A DNA stretch of 64,000 nucleotides from an uncultured Chitinophagaceae bacterium (GCA_963741705.1 CAVUJE010000008.1:12342-76341); one strand, 5' to 3'; positions 19,671-30,705 are shown, counted from the stretch's first letter. The notes: generated by a model not told the origin, from the sequence alone. Numbers and translations are program-made.

Positions 19671-21026
19671 TTATTTTTGAAATTTCAAGACAAGATTGGG
19701 CTGAATAGCATGTTGATAATTTGAGTTATTCCAGATGGCTACTCCAAAAACCTGGTCCTGGAGACTTGAAAAATCAATATCCTGTTTTAGAATGTCATTT
19801 GTCTTTAAAGCGCGTTTGTATTCAACTGTCCAGCCTGAGCCTGTATACATTGCGGTAGCAGTAATATCAGCTCTTTCTCCAATTAACGGAACTGCTATAT
19901 ATGAAGGGATTGAATACCTTGCTGTAACTGCTGAGGTAGCACTGCTTGTCCTTAAATAATCGGTACCAACATTTGGGTCAATGGTTGAACCATCACTCAG
20001 GGTTAACACACCTAAAGCATTTACTGCCATTACTTTTTTAGCTTTACCACTGGCGGTATCTGATACCAAAATATAATCGGCATCAGTTGATGCAGGTATA
20101 ATCCAAATAGGAACTGAAACGGAAGCGCCGTTACCATCTAATTTCAAACTTTGAGAATTACTTACTTCCCCTTGTGTAGGTGATGAAGTGTAATTGGGTT
20201 TATATGGCCATGTTGCGGATTTTGTTCCATCAGGTACAATTCCGTCTACATGTCTTCCGTTTGCGTTGCCACCTGTAAGGTTATAAACAGAAGGGCCACC
20301 TGCCCAATCCTGGTAGTTATCATCCATATAATGTAAAGAAGCATCCTGGCTCATATATCCCAGGCGTCCCCACCACATATCTATTTTTTCACTGGCACCG
20401 TTGGTGTAATGATTACCACTTGCATTCGCATTCATCACCGCGGGATCTTTTGAATAATCAAGATAAGGGGTAAAAATGTGGCAGCTTGAATAGCAGGTTT
20501 GTGAAATAAATTTGGGCGTTGAGTTATCGATATTCCATAACATAGCAACTCTATCCTCACCCCATCCGGCCCTGGATAAAATCCCGTTTGCATCGTAAGA
20601 ATCGCTGGACGGTTCTTTTGCCCAGCCGGTTTTGCCTTCTACATTTGCAGACGGGTCAAAATACCAGGGAGCTACTTTTACACTTTTTGTTGCGTCTTGT
20701 ATTTCAACCAGGAAGTAAATATTCTGTGCATCATACATAGAGCGGACTGTTGCAGCATATTTTTGACCACTATAGCCAGAAAATAATCCATTTCCCGGAT
20801 CTGGAACGGTTGGAAGAATTTCCAGTTTCGTTGCATTGTTCCATTCGGCATCAATAGTTCCATCAATGTTGGGCGGTGTATTGGTTTTTAATGACACCAA
20901 ATCGGTAGCACTGTTGACTTGCGGTACATCAAGTACCTGGTTATCTTTTGTGCAACTAAAAAAATAGCCAATTGATAATACGAGGGTAGTAATTACCCAC
21001 ATGTATTTTGTTTTTAAAAGTTTCAT
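19671..21026 (-). CDS. Ethylbenzene dehydrogenase-related (EB_dh/DOMON-like) heme lipoprotein
   Basis: Start MKLLKTK; lipobox FFSC; PNIDGTIDAEW, RSMYD..NIYFL, EDRVAMLW, CYSSCH, IDMWW, WTVEYKRALKT, FGVAIWNN..H. Confidence 0.75.
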   Translation of the reverse strand: MKLLKTKYMWVITTLVLSIGYFFSCTKDNQVLDVPQVNSATDLVSLKTNTPPNIDGTIDAEWNNATKLEILPTVPDPGNGLFSGYSGQKYAATVRSMYDAQNIYFLVEIQDATKSVKVAPWYFDPSANVEGKTGWAKEPSSDSYDANGILSRAGWGEDRVAMLWNIDNSTPKFISQTCYSSCHIFTPYLDYSKDPAVMNANASGNHYTNGASEKIDMWWGRLGYMSQDASLHYMDDNYQDWAGGPSVYNLTGGNANGRHVDGIVPDGTKSATWPYKPNYTSSPTQGEVSNSQSLKLDGNGASVSVPIWIIPASTDADYILVSDTASGKAKKVMAVNALGVLTLSDGSTIDPNVGTDYLRTSSATSAVTARYSIPSYIAVPLIGERADITATAMYTGSGWTVEYKRALKTNDILKQDIDFSSLQDQVFGVAIWNNSNYQHAIQPNLVLKFQK

Positions 21027-21110
21027 AAACTTGCTTTTGTGAAATGGATGTGTTTGGAAAGATTTGAGTAAAATGTTGATGCAAGTTATCAGCGTTTTGT
21101 TGACATAAAT

Positions 21111-21146
21111 ATGACAATCATCAGAACGCATTATGATTGGAATCAT
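21111..21146 (-). promoter_or_regulatory. Tandem boxes upstream of EB_dh cassette
   Basis: ATGACAATCATCAG (21111) and ATGATTGGAATCAT (21133); -7-like TAACTTGC at 21081-21088. Confidence 0.7.
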
Positions 21147-21189
21147 AATTATTTCCTGGTTTGTGAACGAAGAAAGCTTTGCTTAATTT

Positions 21190-21894
21190 CTAATGACAAA
21201 GAATAGCAGTGCGGGTATTTGCCAATCCCTCAGGGCTTAAATAGGGAATTCCTAATCCCAAACCTCTGATAATAAGCAGGCAAGCCATCAGGAACATAAG
21301 GTAAGGGTAAGCGGCTCTTATTTTTTGCCGTGCATTTACATTGATAAAACTGCCAAAAAAACTAACACTAAGCATCATCGGAAAAGTGCCCAATCCGAAG
21401 AAAGCCATAAAAAGTGCACTGTTAAGAATTGATGCTGTGGCAATAGCACCGGCAACGGCCATGTAAACCAGGCCGCATGGTAATAAGCCATTCAGTAAAC
21501 CAATAAAAAATACAGATTTGTAATTTCTCTTTTTAAAAAGTTTCCCTAATCCTGTTCTTATTTTATAAAAGAAATGAATAAAAATATTGGTCTTTTGAAA
21601 AACTTTACTTTTTTTGGGAAGGACTAAGAAGATAATGATAAGCCCTCCAAGGGAAATTGACAACCATTGCTGGAAACCAAACAGCGCGAAAGTTTTTCCT
21701 ATTGTACCAAATAAAATACCGAATGCAGCATAAGTTACTACACGGCCCATATTGTACAAAAGCACGCTGGTAAATTTTGAATTATTTCCTTTGTTTACTA
21801 CAGGCAACGACAAAGCTATTGGTCCGCACATGCCCACGCAGTGTACGCTTCCCAATGCCCCAAGAATAAATGCAGTAATAAATAAGCCTGTCAT
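21190..21894 (-). CDS. cbb3 assembly-associated DsbD_2/TauE-like membrane protein
   Basis: GSVHCVGMCGPI, YNMGRVVTY, GLLNGLLPCGLVY; last gene of the cco cluster. Confidence 0.85.
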   Translation of the reverse strand: MTGLFITAFILGALGSVHCVGMCGPIALSLPVVNKGNNSKFTSVLLYNMGRVVTYAAFGILFGTIGKTFALFGFQQWLSISLGGLIIIFLVLPKKSKVFQKTNIFIHFFYKIRTGLGKLFKKRNYKSVFFIGLLNGLLPCGLVYMAVAGAIATASILNSALFMAFFGLGTFPMMLSVSFFGSFINVNARQKIRAAYPYLMFLMACLLIIRGLGLGIPYLSPEGLANTRTAILCH

Positions 21895-22325
21895 TTAATT
21901 AAAACTTTATGTTCGGAATAATAGCTTGTCGTATCTACTTTCCAATCCATTTTCAATTCGATACATTCCTTTATCTGTAGTGGGTAAAACCATTACTATT
22001 TTTGCAGAATCAGTTTGAAGGTTGTAAACAGAATCCCTGGTTTCATCGGCAGCATAATAAAGAAGGGTTTCGCAGTTATTTTCTTTCCTCTCATCTCTTC
22101 AGGAAAATAGATGGAAACTTTATTATGATTGACTTCGTATTGTAATGGCGATGATAAAGATTGGGCTCTTTCAGCTTCATCAATTTTTTGTTCATATTTT
22201 AATTCCTTCTGGTAATAATCTTTAGTTACCAAATCTACTTTTTGAGAAGATGATTTATAAACCAGCACAAGAATGCCTGCAATAAAAAACAGGTAAACAA
22301 ATAATATTTTATATCCCCAGTTCAT
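21891..22325 (-). CDS. ccoH: FixH/CcoH family protein (split by indels)
   Basis: MNWGYKI, DLVTKDYYQKELKYEQKID; shifted frames continue LYYAADETRD...LKMDWKVD..YYSEHKVLIK* overlapping the next ATG. Confidence 0.8.
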
Positions 22326-22352
22326 GTTTTAAATTTTTAAAGTTTTACAAGT

Positions 22353-23774
22353 TTATTGGTACACTTCGGGGCCAATAAATTTTGCGGTAATGGTTTTTAT
22401 TTTTCCTGTAGAATCGTACAAGCCAATAATAACGGGCGTTTCCCAATTGGTAACGTCCTTTCTGTTCAGCTTTACAAAAAATTGCAGGGTTATGTAATCC
22501 TCTTTTTTTATTACCGGGTGATCATTATTGATCAATTGAATTTCTCCCGGAATGTTTTCTAATTTTAAAGAAACAGGAATGTCTTTATGTGTTTTATTGG
22601 CCAATTTTAAATTGTAAAGATTACTGATTCTTCCATCCGGAAGTGAAGTGTAGGTCATGCCTGCAGTGCGCATTAAGGTGGCATCAAGATCGGTGCGGCT
22701 TACCATTAAAAATACCAGCAAAGCAATCAGCAGGCTAAGAATAGCTGTATAAGATTTAATACGATTGGTAAATTTTAATTTTACACCATTCTTAATACTA
22801 TTTTCTGAGGCATAGCGTATAAGGCCTTTTGGTTTTTCAATACTTACCATGATGGCATCACAGGCATCAATACACGCAGTACAGTTTACGCATTCCAGTT
22901 GTGTGCCATTCCTGATATCAATCCCTGTAGGACATACACGCACACACGCAGAACAATCAATGCAATCACCTTTTACTTCAATATTATTTTCCTGCGGGGA
23001 TTTAGCGATTTTTCCTCTCGGTTCACCACGTTTATAATCGTATCCAACAAGAATCGAATTTTGATCAAGCAGCACACTTTGTAATCTTCCGTAAGGACAA
23101 ACAACGATACAAACCTGTTCGCGAAACCACCAATACACAAAAAAGAAAACACTGGTAAAGATGGTTAAAGAAATAAGTGTAGGAATATTTTCAGCCGGAT
23201 GTGTAATATAAGTCAGCAGCTGATCCATGCTGATAAGATAAGCAAGAAAAAAGTTGGCGATGATAAAAGATATCAGGAAAAAGATCACAAATTTTAAGCT
23301 GCGTTTCCTTATTTTTTTGGCATTCCATGGCATTTTTTTCAGCAGCTTTTGTTGGGTTGAATCTCCATCGATCCAATATTCAATTTTACGAAAAACCATT
23401 TCCATAAAAATGGTTTGCGGGCATGCCCATCCGCAAAATATACGTCCGAAAACTACCGTAAAAAGGATAATAAAAACGATAAAGGTTAACATGGCAATTC
23501 CAAAGATGAAAAAATCCTGCGGCCAGAAGATCATTCCGAAAATGATAAATCTTCTATCAAGGATGTTCAACATCAGCAATGGTTCGCCATGTACTTTTAT
23601 AAAGGGTAGCGTAAAAAATACAATAAGATAAAATATAGAAAACCTGGTACGCAGATTATACAACCTGCCTTTCGGTTTTTTAGGATTAATGAAATTCCTT
23701 TTGCCTTCCTTTGAAATAGTAGCAACAGAATCCCTGAAACTTTCCTGCGTGTATGTTGTTTCCAGCTCGGCCAT
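22353..23774 (-). CDS. ccoG: Cytochrome c oxidase accessory protein CcoG/FixG
   Basis: GRIFCGWACPQT, REQVCIVVCPYGRLQ, CIDCSACVRVCPTGIDIR, ECVNCTACIDAC. Confidence 0.95.
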   Translation of the reverse strand: MAELETTYTQESFRDSVATISKEGKRNFINPKKPKGRLYNLRTRFSIFYLIVFFTLPFIKVHGEPLLMLNILDRRFIIFGMIFWPQDFFIFGIAMLTFIVFIILFTVVFGRIFCGWACPQTIFMEMVFRKIEYWIDGDSTQQKLLKKMPWNAKKIRKRSLKFVIFFLISFIIANFFLAYLISMDQLLTYITHPAENIPTLISLTIFTSVFFFVYWWFREQVCIVVCPYGRLQSVLLDQNSILVGYDYKRGEPRGKIAKSPQENNIEVKGDCIDCSACVRVCPTGIDIRNGTQLECVNCTACIDACDAIMVSIEKPKGLIRYASENSIKNGVKLKFTNRIKSYTAILSLLIALLVFLMVSRTDLDATLMRTAGMTYTSLPDGRISNLYNLKLANKTHKDIPVSLKLENIPGEIQLINNDHPVIKKEDYITLQFFVKLNRKDVTNWETPVIIGLYDSTGKIKTITAKFIGPEVYQ

Positions 23775-23783
23775 TTTTTGTTT

Positions 23784-24912
23784 TTATTTTTTTACAGCCG
23801 ATGAATCGGAGGATGCATCATCCGTAAATAAATCTCCCTGGGGCGCTTTGCCGTTAGGAGGATTAGATCCTTTTAAAGTTTTAATATATCCTGCCAGGTC
23901 GTTGATCTCTTTTGCCGAAAAGGTTTTTCCCCATGCCTGCATTCCTTTATCAGGATAGCCATGTTTTATCGATAGATAAATGTCATTCAACGAACCTTTA
24001 TGTATCCAGTAATTGTCTGTAAGATTGGGCCCTACACCACCTTCACCCAATTTGCCGTGGCAAGGCCAGCAGGTGGTGGTAAAAATTTCTTTGCCTTTTG
24101 CAAGTCCATCAGCATCGGGCATTTTAATATTATTTTCGTCTATGGTATTGCCACTTTTTGCCGCATACTCTTCCATTTGAATTTTTGCTTTGGCCATTTC
24201 CTCATTGTATTCCTGGGTAGGATTTTTTCCATAACCCAACACTTCATAATTTAATAAATAAACAATGGCAATGCCGATGGTTATATAGAATCCATATTTC
24301 CACCACGGTGGTAATGGATTATCCAATTCACGTATTCCATCATAATCATGATCCAATAAAATATCGGCTTCCCTTTCTACAGGTATGGCTTTGGTGAATA
24401 TTTTTTTATCTATTCTTGCCCACCATGCACTAAAATTGAAAGATTTTACTTTTGATTTTTTGGATAAGAGTTCACGTTCAAATCTTTTTATCATAAATAT
24501 AAAGACAAGGATAACGATCATTTCTATTGAAATTACAGATACCAATGCCCAGAAAGCAACAGGCGAAAGCCCTGCGTAATTATGAACCACTTTTACTGCT
24601 TCCTGCGCAGTATCCTGTGCTCCGGAGGTGTAAGTAAACAGAGAAAATGTAATCAATAATATAATCGGCAAAACCTTTTTTGCTTCTTTACTTTTTTCAA
24701 AAACTTTTCTTGCATAAGTCATCAGTACACTGCTTAAACCCCATATAACAAAGGCAAGAAGCGAAGCAACGGTTACCATTAAAATTACCGCGTAATTGGT
24801 TTTATCGTTTGATGTGTGCAGCATCAGAAGCTGTTTGTGCATGTAGCGACAGACTTAATATTGCCGCACCAATGCTGAGCGAAATTTTTTTATAGTTTCT
24901 ATTAAATCTCAT
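23784..24912 (-). CDS. ccoP: cbb3-type cytochrome c oxidase subunit III (indel near N-terminus)
   Basis: HDYDGIRELDNPLPPWW, CWPCH, GPNLTDNYW, KGMQAW; signal-like N-terminus MRFNRNYKK from ATG 24912 is in another frame. Confidence 0.9.
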
Positions 24913-24922
24913 GATGATTTCT

Positions 24923-25117
24923 TTATAAATTGTTAGATGTAGGTTCTTCGGTTTCGTCAAGTGGAATGTTTGATAATATGTCAACTCTTTCTTTGCTCAT
25001 CCTTAATACACCCCACAGTAAAACAACAAAAAACAGGAAAAAGATAACCAGCGAAATCATTGGATAGATTTCGGCTCCCTTTATGTTTTCTGTAACGTCT
25101 TGAATGAATTTATACAT
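24923..25117 (-). CDS. ccoQ: cbb3-type cytochrome c oxidase subunit CcoQ
   Basis: GAEIYPMISLVIFFLFF single TM helix, IPLD; between ccoNO and ccoP. Confidence 0.85.
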   Translation of the reverse strand: MYKFIQDVTENIKGAEIYPMISLVIFFLFFVVLLWGVLRMSKERVDILSNIPLDETEEPTSNNL

Positions 25118-25129
25118 GGTCTTAATTTT

Positions 25130-27307
25130 TTAATGTTTGATTTTACTAATGTCTGTTCCCAATCTTTGGAGATAGGAGATGAGTGCGATCACTTCTTTGT
25201 TGGGTGAAATGCGAATGCTGTCGCTTTTTAAATTGTCTGTAATTCCTCTTGCCTGTTTCATCAAATCTGCATTAGCTATTTTGTCATATCCTTTTGGATA
25301 AGGAACACCCAAGGTTTGCATCGCTCTTATTTTAGCCGCGGTGGTAGAAGTATCCAATTCTTTTTTTAGCATGAAAGCATAGGAAGGCATCAGCGATCCT
25401 TCGCTCATTGAAGAAGGTTCACGCAAATGACGGAAATGCCAGCCGTTTGATTTTTTCAGGTTACCTGCTCCTTCGCGTGCCAGGTCAGGGCCTGTTCGTT
25501 TGCTTCCCCATTGGAAAGGATGATCATACACGAACTCGCCGGCTTTTGAATATTCGCCATATCTTTCTGTTTCTGAACGGAAAGGTCGTATCATTTGTGA
25601 GTGGCATAAATAACAACCTTCTCTTACATAAATGTCGCGCCCCTGTAACTCAAGCGGAGTATAGGGTTTTACACTGCTAATCGTTGGTACATTGGATTTA
25701 ACCAAAAATGTAGGGATGATTTCTACAGCGCCGCCGATGGAAATTACAATAAGACTTAGCACCAGCATTTGAACGGGTCTTCTTTCTATTATCCTGTGCC
25801 AATTTTCATGTGTGGCAGATTTTTTAAGTTTCTGAAGAGGTGCTGCTTCTGCAGCTTCATTAGCAACTAATTTACCTGACCTTACTGTTTTATAAAGATT
25901 GTAAACCATCAAAAAAGCGCCAAGAAGATATAAGGTGCCACCGAATGACCTCATTGCATAAAATGGTTTCAGGTAAGTAACCGTTTCAAGAAATGAATAT
26001 TTTAATTGCCCGCTTGCAGTAAATTGTTTCCACATGCTGCTCTGTGTAAAACCGGCCCAATACAATGGAACTACATAAAAAATAATTCCAAGTGTGGCAA
26101 GCCAAAAGTGATTGGCTGCTAATTTTTTAGAATACAATTTGGTATTAAAAATTCTTGGAATCAACCAATATAAAATACCAAAAGTGAGCATCCCATTCCA
26201 GCCCAAAGCGCCAACGTGTACATGAGCAATGATCCAATCGGTATAATGACTAATGGCGCTTACACTTTTTAAAGAAAGCATCGGGCCTTCAAAAGTTGCC
26301 ATCCCATAGGCGGTAACGGCAACTACCATAAATTTTAAAATCACATCGTCTCTTACCCTGTCCCATGCTCCGCGAAGTGTCAGCAATCCATTGATCATTC
26401 CACCCCAGCTCGGAAAAATGAGCATTAATGAAAATACCGTTCCGAGCGATTGAGCCCAGTTGGGTAAAGCTGTATATAACAAATGGTGTGGCCCTGCCCA
26501 GATATATAAAAATATAAGTGACCAGAAATGAATGATGGAAAGCCGGTATGAATAAACCGGCCGGTTAGCGGCCTTTGGTAAAAAATAATACATTAATCCG
26601 AGGTAAGGTGTGGTAAGGAAAAACGCCACCGCATTATGGCCATACCACCATTGAACCAAAGCATCCTGCACACCTGCATACCATGAATAACTTTTAAATA
26701 AAGTAACCGGTAGTTCGGCGGAGTTTACCAAATGTAAAACGGCTACAGTTACAAATGTGGCGATGTAAAACCAAATAGCCACATACAAATGTCTTTCTCT
26801 TCTTTTGATGATGGTGGCAAACATGTTCCAGCCAAAAACTACCCAAATAACCGTGATGGCAATATCAATTGGCCATTCCAGTTCGGCATATTCTTTACTG
26901 GTTGTAATGCCCAGTGGCAATGTAATTGCTGCTGCGAGAATGATCAGTTGCCATCCCCAAAAGTGAATTTTGCTTAGCTTATCACTATACATCCTGGCTT
27001 TACATAGGCGTTGTAGCGAATAATAAACGCCCATAAAAATTCCATTTCCTACAAAGGCAAATATTACTGCATTGGTATGCAACGGCCTTAAGCGGCCAAA
27101 AGAACCGTATTGCATAATGTTTAATGAAGGAAACACTAATTCGAGTGATACGTAAAGACCGACGAGCATTCCTACAGCTCCCCAGAAAACGGTAGCAAAA
27201 GCAAAATTTCTAACAGTTTTGTTGTCATAATAAAATTTTTCAACAGCAGGTTTGGCCTGTGTTTTCACTTCAGTATTGTCATCTAAATAAGATTGTTCTA
27301 AATGCAT
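25130..27307 (-). CDS. ccoN: cbb3-type cytochrome c oxidase fused subunits I/II (CcoNO)
   Basis: FGRLRPLHTNAVIFAF, WWYGHNAV, GPHHL, HVH; C-terminal CYLCHSQMIRP, WGSKRTGPDL. Confidence 0.97.
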   Translation of the reverse strand: MHLEQSYLDDNTEVKTQAKPAVEKFYYDNKTVRNFAFATVFWGAVGMLVGLYVSLELVFPSLNIMQYGSFGRLRPLHTNAVIFAFVGNGIFMGVYYSLQRLCKARMYSDKLSKIHFWGWQLIILAAAITLPLGITTSKEYAELEWPIDIAITVIWVVFGWNMFATIIKRRERHLYVAIWFYIATFVTVAVLHLVNSAELPVTLFKSYSWYAGVQDALVQWWYGHNAVAFFLTTPYLGLMYYFLPKAANRPVYSYRLSIIHFWSLIFLYIWAGPHHLLYTALPNWAQSLGTVFSLMLIFPSWGGMINGLLTLRGAWDRVRDDVILKFMVVAVTAYGMATFEGPMLSLKSVSAISHYTDWIIAHVHVGALGWNGMLTFGILYWLIPRIFNTKLYSKKLAANHFWLATLGIIFYVVPLYWAGFTQSSMWKQFTASGQLKYSFLETVTYLKPFYAMRSFGGTLYLLGAFLMVYNLYKTVRSGKLVANEAAEAAPLQKLKKSATHENWHRIIERRPVQMLVLSLIVISIGGAVEIIPTFLVKSNVPTISSVKPYTPLELQGRDIYVREGCYLCHSQMIRPFRSETERYGEYSKAGEFVYDHPFQWGSKRTGPDLAREGAGNLKKSNGWHFRHLREPSSMSEGSLMPSYAFMLKKELDTSTTAAKIRAMQTLGVPYPKGYDKIANADLMKQARGITDNLKSDSIRISPNKEVIALISYLQRLGTDISKIKH

Positions 27308-27334
27308 GTTTTTGTGTTTAGGTGATTTTGGTTT

Positions 27335-27502
27335 TTATTGATTTTTTTTACTTTTATTTTCAGGTTCATTTTCAAAAAGAATTCTGACAGAGGGCGTATA
27401 ATCATCGTCATATTGGCCATTATGAACTGACCATAAGAAAGCGATGAGAAAAATTGCTGCTACAAGAATGCTGATACCAATAAGAATAAATAGTACGCTC
27501 AA
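27335..27502 (-). CDS. ccoS: cbb3 oxidase assembly protein CcoS (55 aa)
   Basis: Manual from TTG: MSVLFILIGISILVAAIFLIAFLWSVHNGQYDDDYTPSVRILFE. Below the ORF-track size cutoff. Confidence 0.9.
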   Translation of the reverse strand: MSVLFILIGISILVAAIFLIAFLWSVHNGQYDDDYTPSVRILFENEPENKSKKNQ

Positions 27503-27555
27503 AGTGTATAATATTAAATGGCTTCAAAAATAGATTGAGCTAGTGATTTCGAAAG

Positions 27556-27590
27556 ATGAGATTGGTCAATCTGGATATGATTTTCCTCAG
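27556..27590 (-). promoter_or_regulatory. Tandem boxes upstream of ccoS-ccoNOQPGH
   Basis: ATGAGATTGGTCAA (27556) and ATGATTTTCCTCAG (27577); -7 TATTTTTG at 27525-27532. Confidence 0.7.
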
Positions 27591-27608
27591 TTTAGTAATC
27601 GAAGTTTT

Positions 27609-30005
27609 TTAAAGGTTTTTTCTTTTGGCAATAAATGAAGACAGCAAACTGGCCAGCGCCACAATGGTAATGCTACTCGCAGGCATCAATACTGCTGCTA
27701 CTACCGGGTCTAGCTTTGCCTGAACGGCAAATGATAATCCTATAAAATTGTAAAGAATGGATAAAATAAACCCCGCAGCAACTACTTTTTTCCCTGCTTT
27801 TGCAAAGTCCATAAACCGGGCAATCTTTTTAACCGAATCTCCGTCAATAATTGCATCACAGGCAGGAGTAAACCGGGCGGCATTATTACTTACGGCAATT
27901 CCCGCATCACTTTGCATCAAAGCGCCTGCATCATTGAGGCCGTCGCCGATCATCAAAACTTTTTTTCCTTCAGCTTGCAGGCTTTTGATGTAGTTTAGTT
28001 TTTCCTGGGGAGATGTTTTAAAATTGAGCGTGGTTGTGGAAGTAAAAATTTGCTTCAGCCTTTCTTTTTCTGCATCGTTATCACCTGAAACAACATGTAG
28101 CTCATAGTTTGCCTTCTTCAAGTCATTTACCAGATCTTTAATTCCCGGCCTGTATTTATTTTTTATTTCAAAAAAACCTTTAGTAGTATTATCAATCATC
28201 ACATATACACGTGAACCATTATTAGCTGATGATTCATGAATGTTTTCTTCAAGGAAACTTGCAGCTCCCACTCTTACCGGAACCTTATTTATAGTAGCAG
28301 TAATTCCCTGCCCGGGATGTTCTTCAAAATCATTTATTTCAGCAATTTCATAATCCATGCTCGTCTTCATTAAAAGAAGAATAAATAAGTTTGCTTAAGG
28401 TGTGAGATGACTGTGCAGTTGCTTTTTTCAAAAGCGATTTATCGTTTACAGAAAGTGTATTGCCGGTATATTGTATATCTGCAATATTGGTTTCAGTAAG
28501 CGTTCCTGTTTTGTCAAATACAATGGTATCAATTGCCTGCAAGTGTTTCAATTACGTTTGCATTTTTTAAATAAAGTTTGTTCTTTCCAAAAATGCGAAC
28601 CATATTTCCAAAAGTGAAAGTAGCAGAAAGCAAAAGCGAACAAGGGCAAGCAACAATTAAAACTGCTGTAACAACGGGCCATATTTTTGACGGATCATGA
28701 AAATACCAGAAGGCAGCAGCGCAAAAAGCAATCGTGAAAAGTGCGCCTGTAAAATAGCGGCTCCATGGATGTATAAAAGAAGTGGCTGTATTTTTTGTTT
28801 GTCCGAATATTTCGTTATTCCATAATTGCGTAATGTAACTCTGTGAAGGTTCTTTTATTACCTGCAATTTTATAGAAGCCCCTATTTGTTTTCCACCGGC
28901 ATATATTATTTCTCCTTTATTTACGGAACAGGATTGTTTTCGCCGCTCACAAAACTATAATCAATAAAAGCGGAACCTTCTGTGAGCAATGCATCTGCCG
29001 GAACCATTTCTTCATTTTTGATGATGATATGATTGCCTTTTTCAAGTTTGGTTGCAGGAATATTTTCTTCTTTGCCGTTTTTTAAAACAGTAACTCCCAG
29101 AGGAAAATAAGAATGATAATCCCGGTCGAAAGTAAGTGCGTCGTAGGTTTTATTTTGAAACCAGCGACCGATAAGAATAAAGAAAATAATTCCTGTTCCG
29201 GAATCGAGATAACCGGCGCCGGTGCCACTTATAATCTCATAATAACTTCTTGTAAAAGTGATTACAATCGCCAGCGCCAGCGGCACATCAATATTGATAT
29301 TTTTTTGTTGTAAACCTTTAAAGGCTGATTTGAAAATTTCACTGGCACTGTAGAATAAGAACCGGCAATGATAAACCAAAAATGAGCCATGAAAAAGTTT
29401 GCTTTCAGCCCTTGCTCATCAATCACTCCATGCGAAAAATATTCAGGAAAACTGAGCATCATTATATTGCTGAAACAAAAACCGGCAACGCCAATCTTAT
29501 AGATTTGTTTCCTGTTGAATTTTATTGCCTTTTTTTCTTTTGAATCGTTCAGACTGATGAAGGGTTCATAACCGATAAATGCAAGCAATTCCACTACTTT
29601 TCGAAGTGAAATCATTTTTTCATTAAAACTGATAAAGACTTCCTTACGTTGAAAATTGGTTTGCGAACTGATAATTCCTTCATTAATGCGATGCAGGTTT
29701 TCCAATAAAAAAATGCAGGAAGAACAATGTATTTGTGGTAGCGAAAAAGTTACGTTGGTTTGTGTATCGCTTCTAAAACTTACTAGTTTTTGTATTACTG
29801 ATTCATCTTCAAGATAGGCAAAACGTTCGCTTGCAAATTTGCCTGTCACTTTTATCCCCGGGTTCTTATCAAAATTATAGTAGCTGCATAAATTGTTTTC
29901 ATTCAGCAATAAATACACCTGGCGGCAACCCTGGCAACAAAAATTTTTATCGCCTTCAGTAATTAAAGTGATACAATCATCGCCACAATGATAGCAATTG
30001 GTCAT
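27609..30005 (-). CDS. ccoI: Cu-translocating P1B-type ATPase CcoI/FixI (split by several indels)
   Basis: CYHCG, FCCQGC, IHCSSC, CPC, DKTGTLT, GDGLNDAGAL distributed over 5 consecutive ORF fragments. Confidence 0.9.
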
Positions 30006-30081
30006 TTCTTTTTTTATAGTGTTAATATACTTCTCTTTTTAAGAAAAGAACAAAAATACCGGCGATATAAAATCGAAGAAC

Positions 30082-30117
30082 ATGAGCAAGATCAGCTTTG
30101 TGTATGATGTTGATTGG
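30082..30117 (-). promoter_or_regulatory. Tandem boxes upstream of ccoI
   Basis: ATGAGCAAGATCAG (30082) and ATGATGTTGATTGG (30104, degenerate); -7 TATTTTTG at 30051-30058. Confidence 0.6.
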
Positions 30118-30285
30118 CAGTGCACCATTATTGCTTATTTACTTTTGATAAACAACGATTTACAGTAAACAAACAAATTTTAAGCATTTTTATTTTAAGA
30201 CAAAGTTTGTTGCTCTGTAACATAAGTTGCTGTATGAAAAAAATACCGGGAGGAACTTTGCAACAAGAACAATAAAATAAATTAT

Positions 30286-30687
30286 ATGAGTTATTATTTT
30301 TCAAAAATAGTAAATGAAAATTTTGATACAGCCATAGAGCATGTAACTGAGGAACTTAAAAAAGAAGGTTTTGGTGTACTTACTCAAATTGATGTGCAGG
30401 AAACTTTGAAGAAGAAGCTGGATGTGGATTTTAAGAAATACCGGATTCTCGGCGCCTGCAATCCCAACTTCGCTTACCAGGCATTACAATCAGAAGATAA
30501 GATAGGAGCAATGCTGCCGTGCAATGTAATTGTTGAAGAAAATATAGATGGAACAGTGGAAGTTAGTGCAGTTGATCCGGTTGCTTCAATGATAGGAGTA
30601 AAAAATGATTCACTTGGTGGTGTGGCTAAGCAGGTGAGTGAAAAACTAGAGAAGGTAATTAGACAATCTTTAATCTTAGTTCAATAA
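30286..30687 (+). CDS. DUF302 domain protein
   Basis: LKKEGFGVLTQID, YRILGACNP, IGAMLPCNVIV. Confidence 0.9.
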   Translation: MSYYFSKIVNENFDTAIEHVTEELKKEGFGVLTQIDVQETLKKKLDVDFKKYRILGACNPNFAYQALQSEDKIGAMLPCNVIVEENIDGTVEVSAVDPVASMIGVKNDSLGGVAKQVSEKLEKVIRQSLILVQ

Positions 30688-30705
30688 AATAATAATATAA
30701 ATAAA

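Noticed and set aside
25130-27307. CcoN-CcoO fusion and long monoheme CcoP as novelties
   Set aside because: Both are normal for Bacteroidota cbb3 oxidases.
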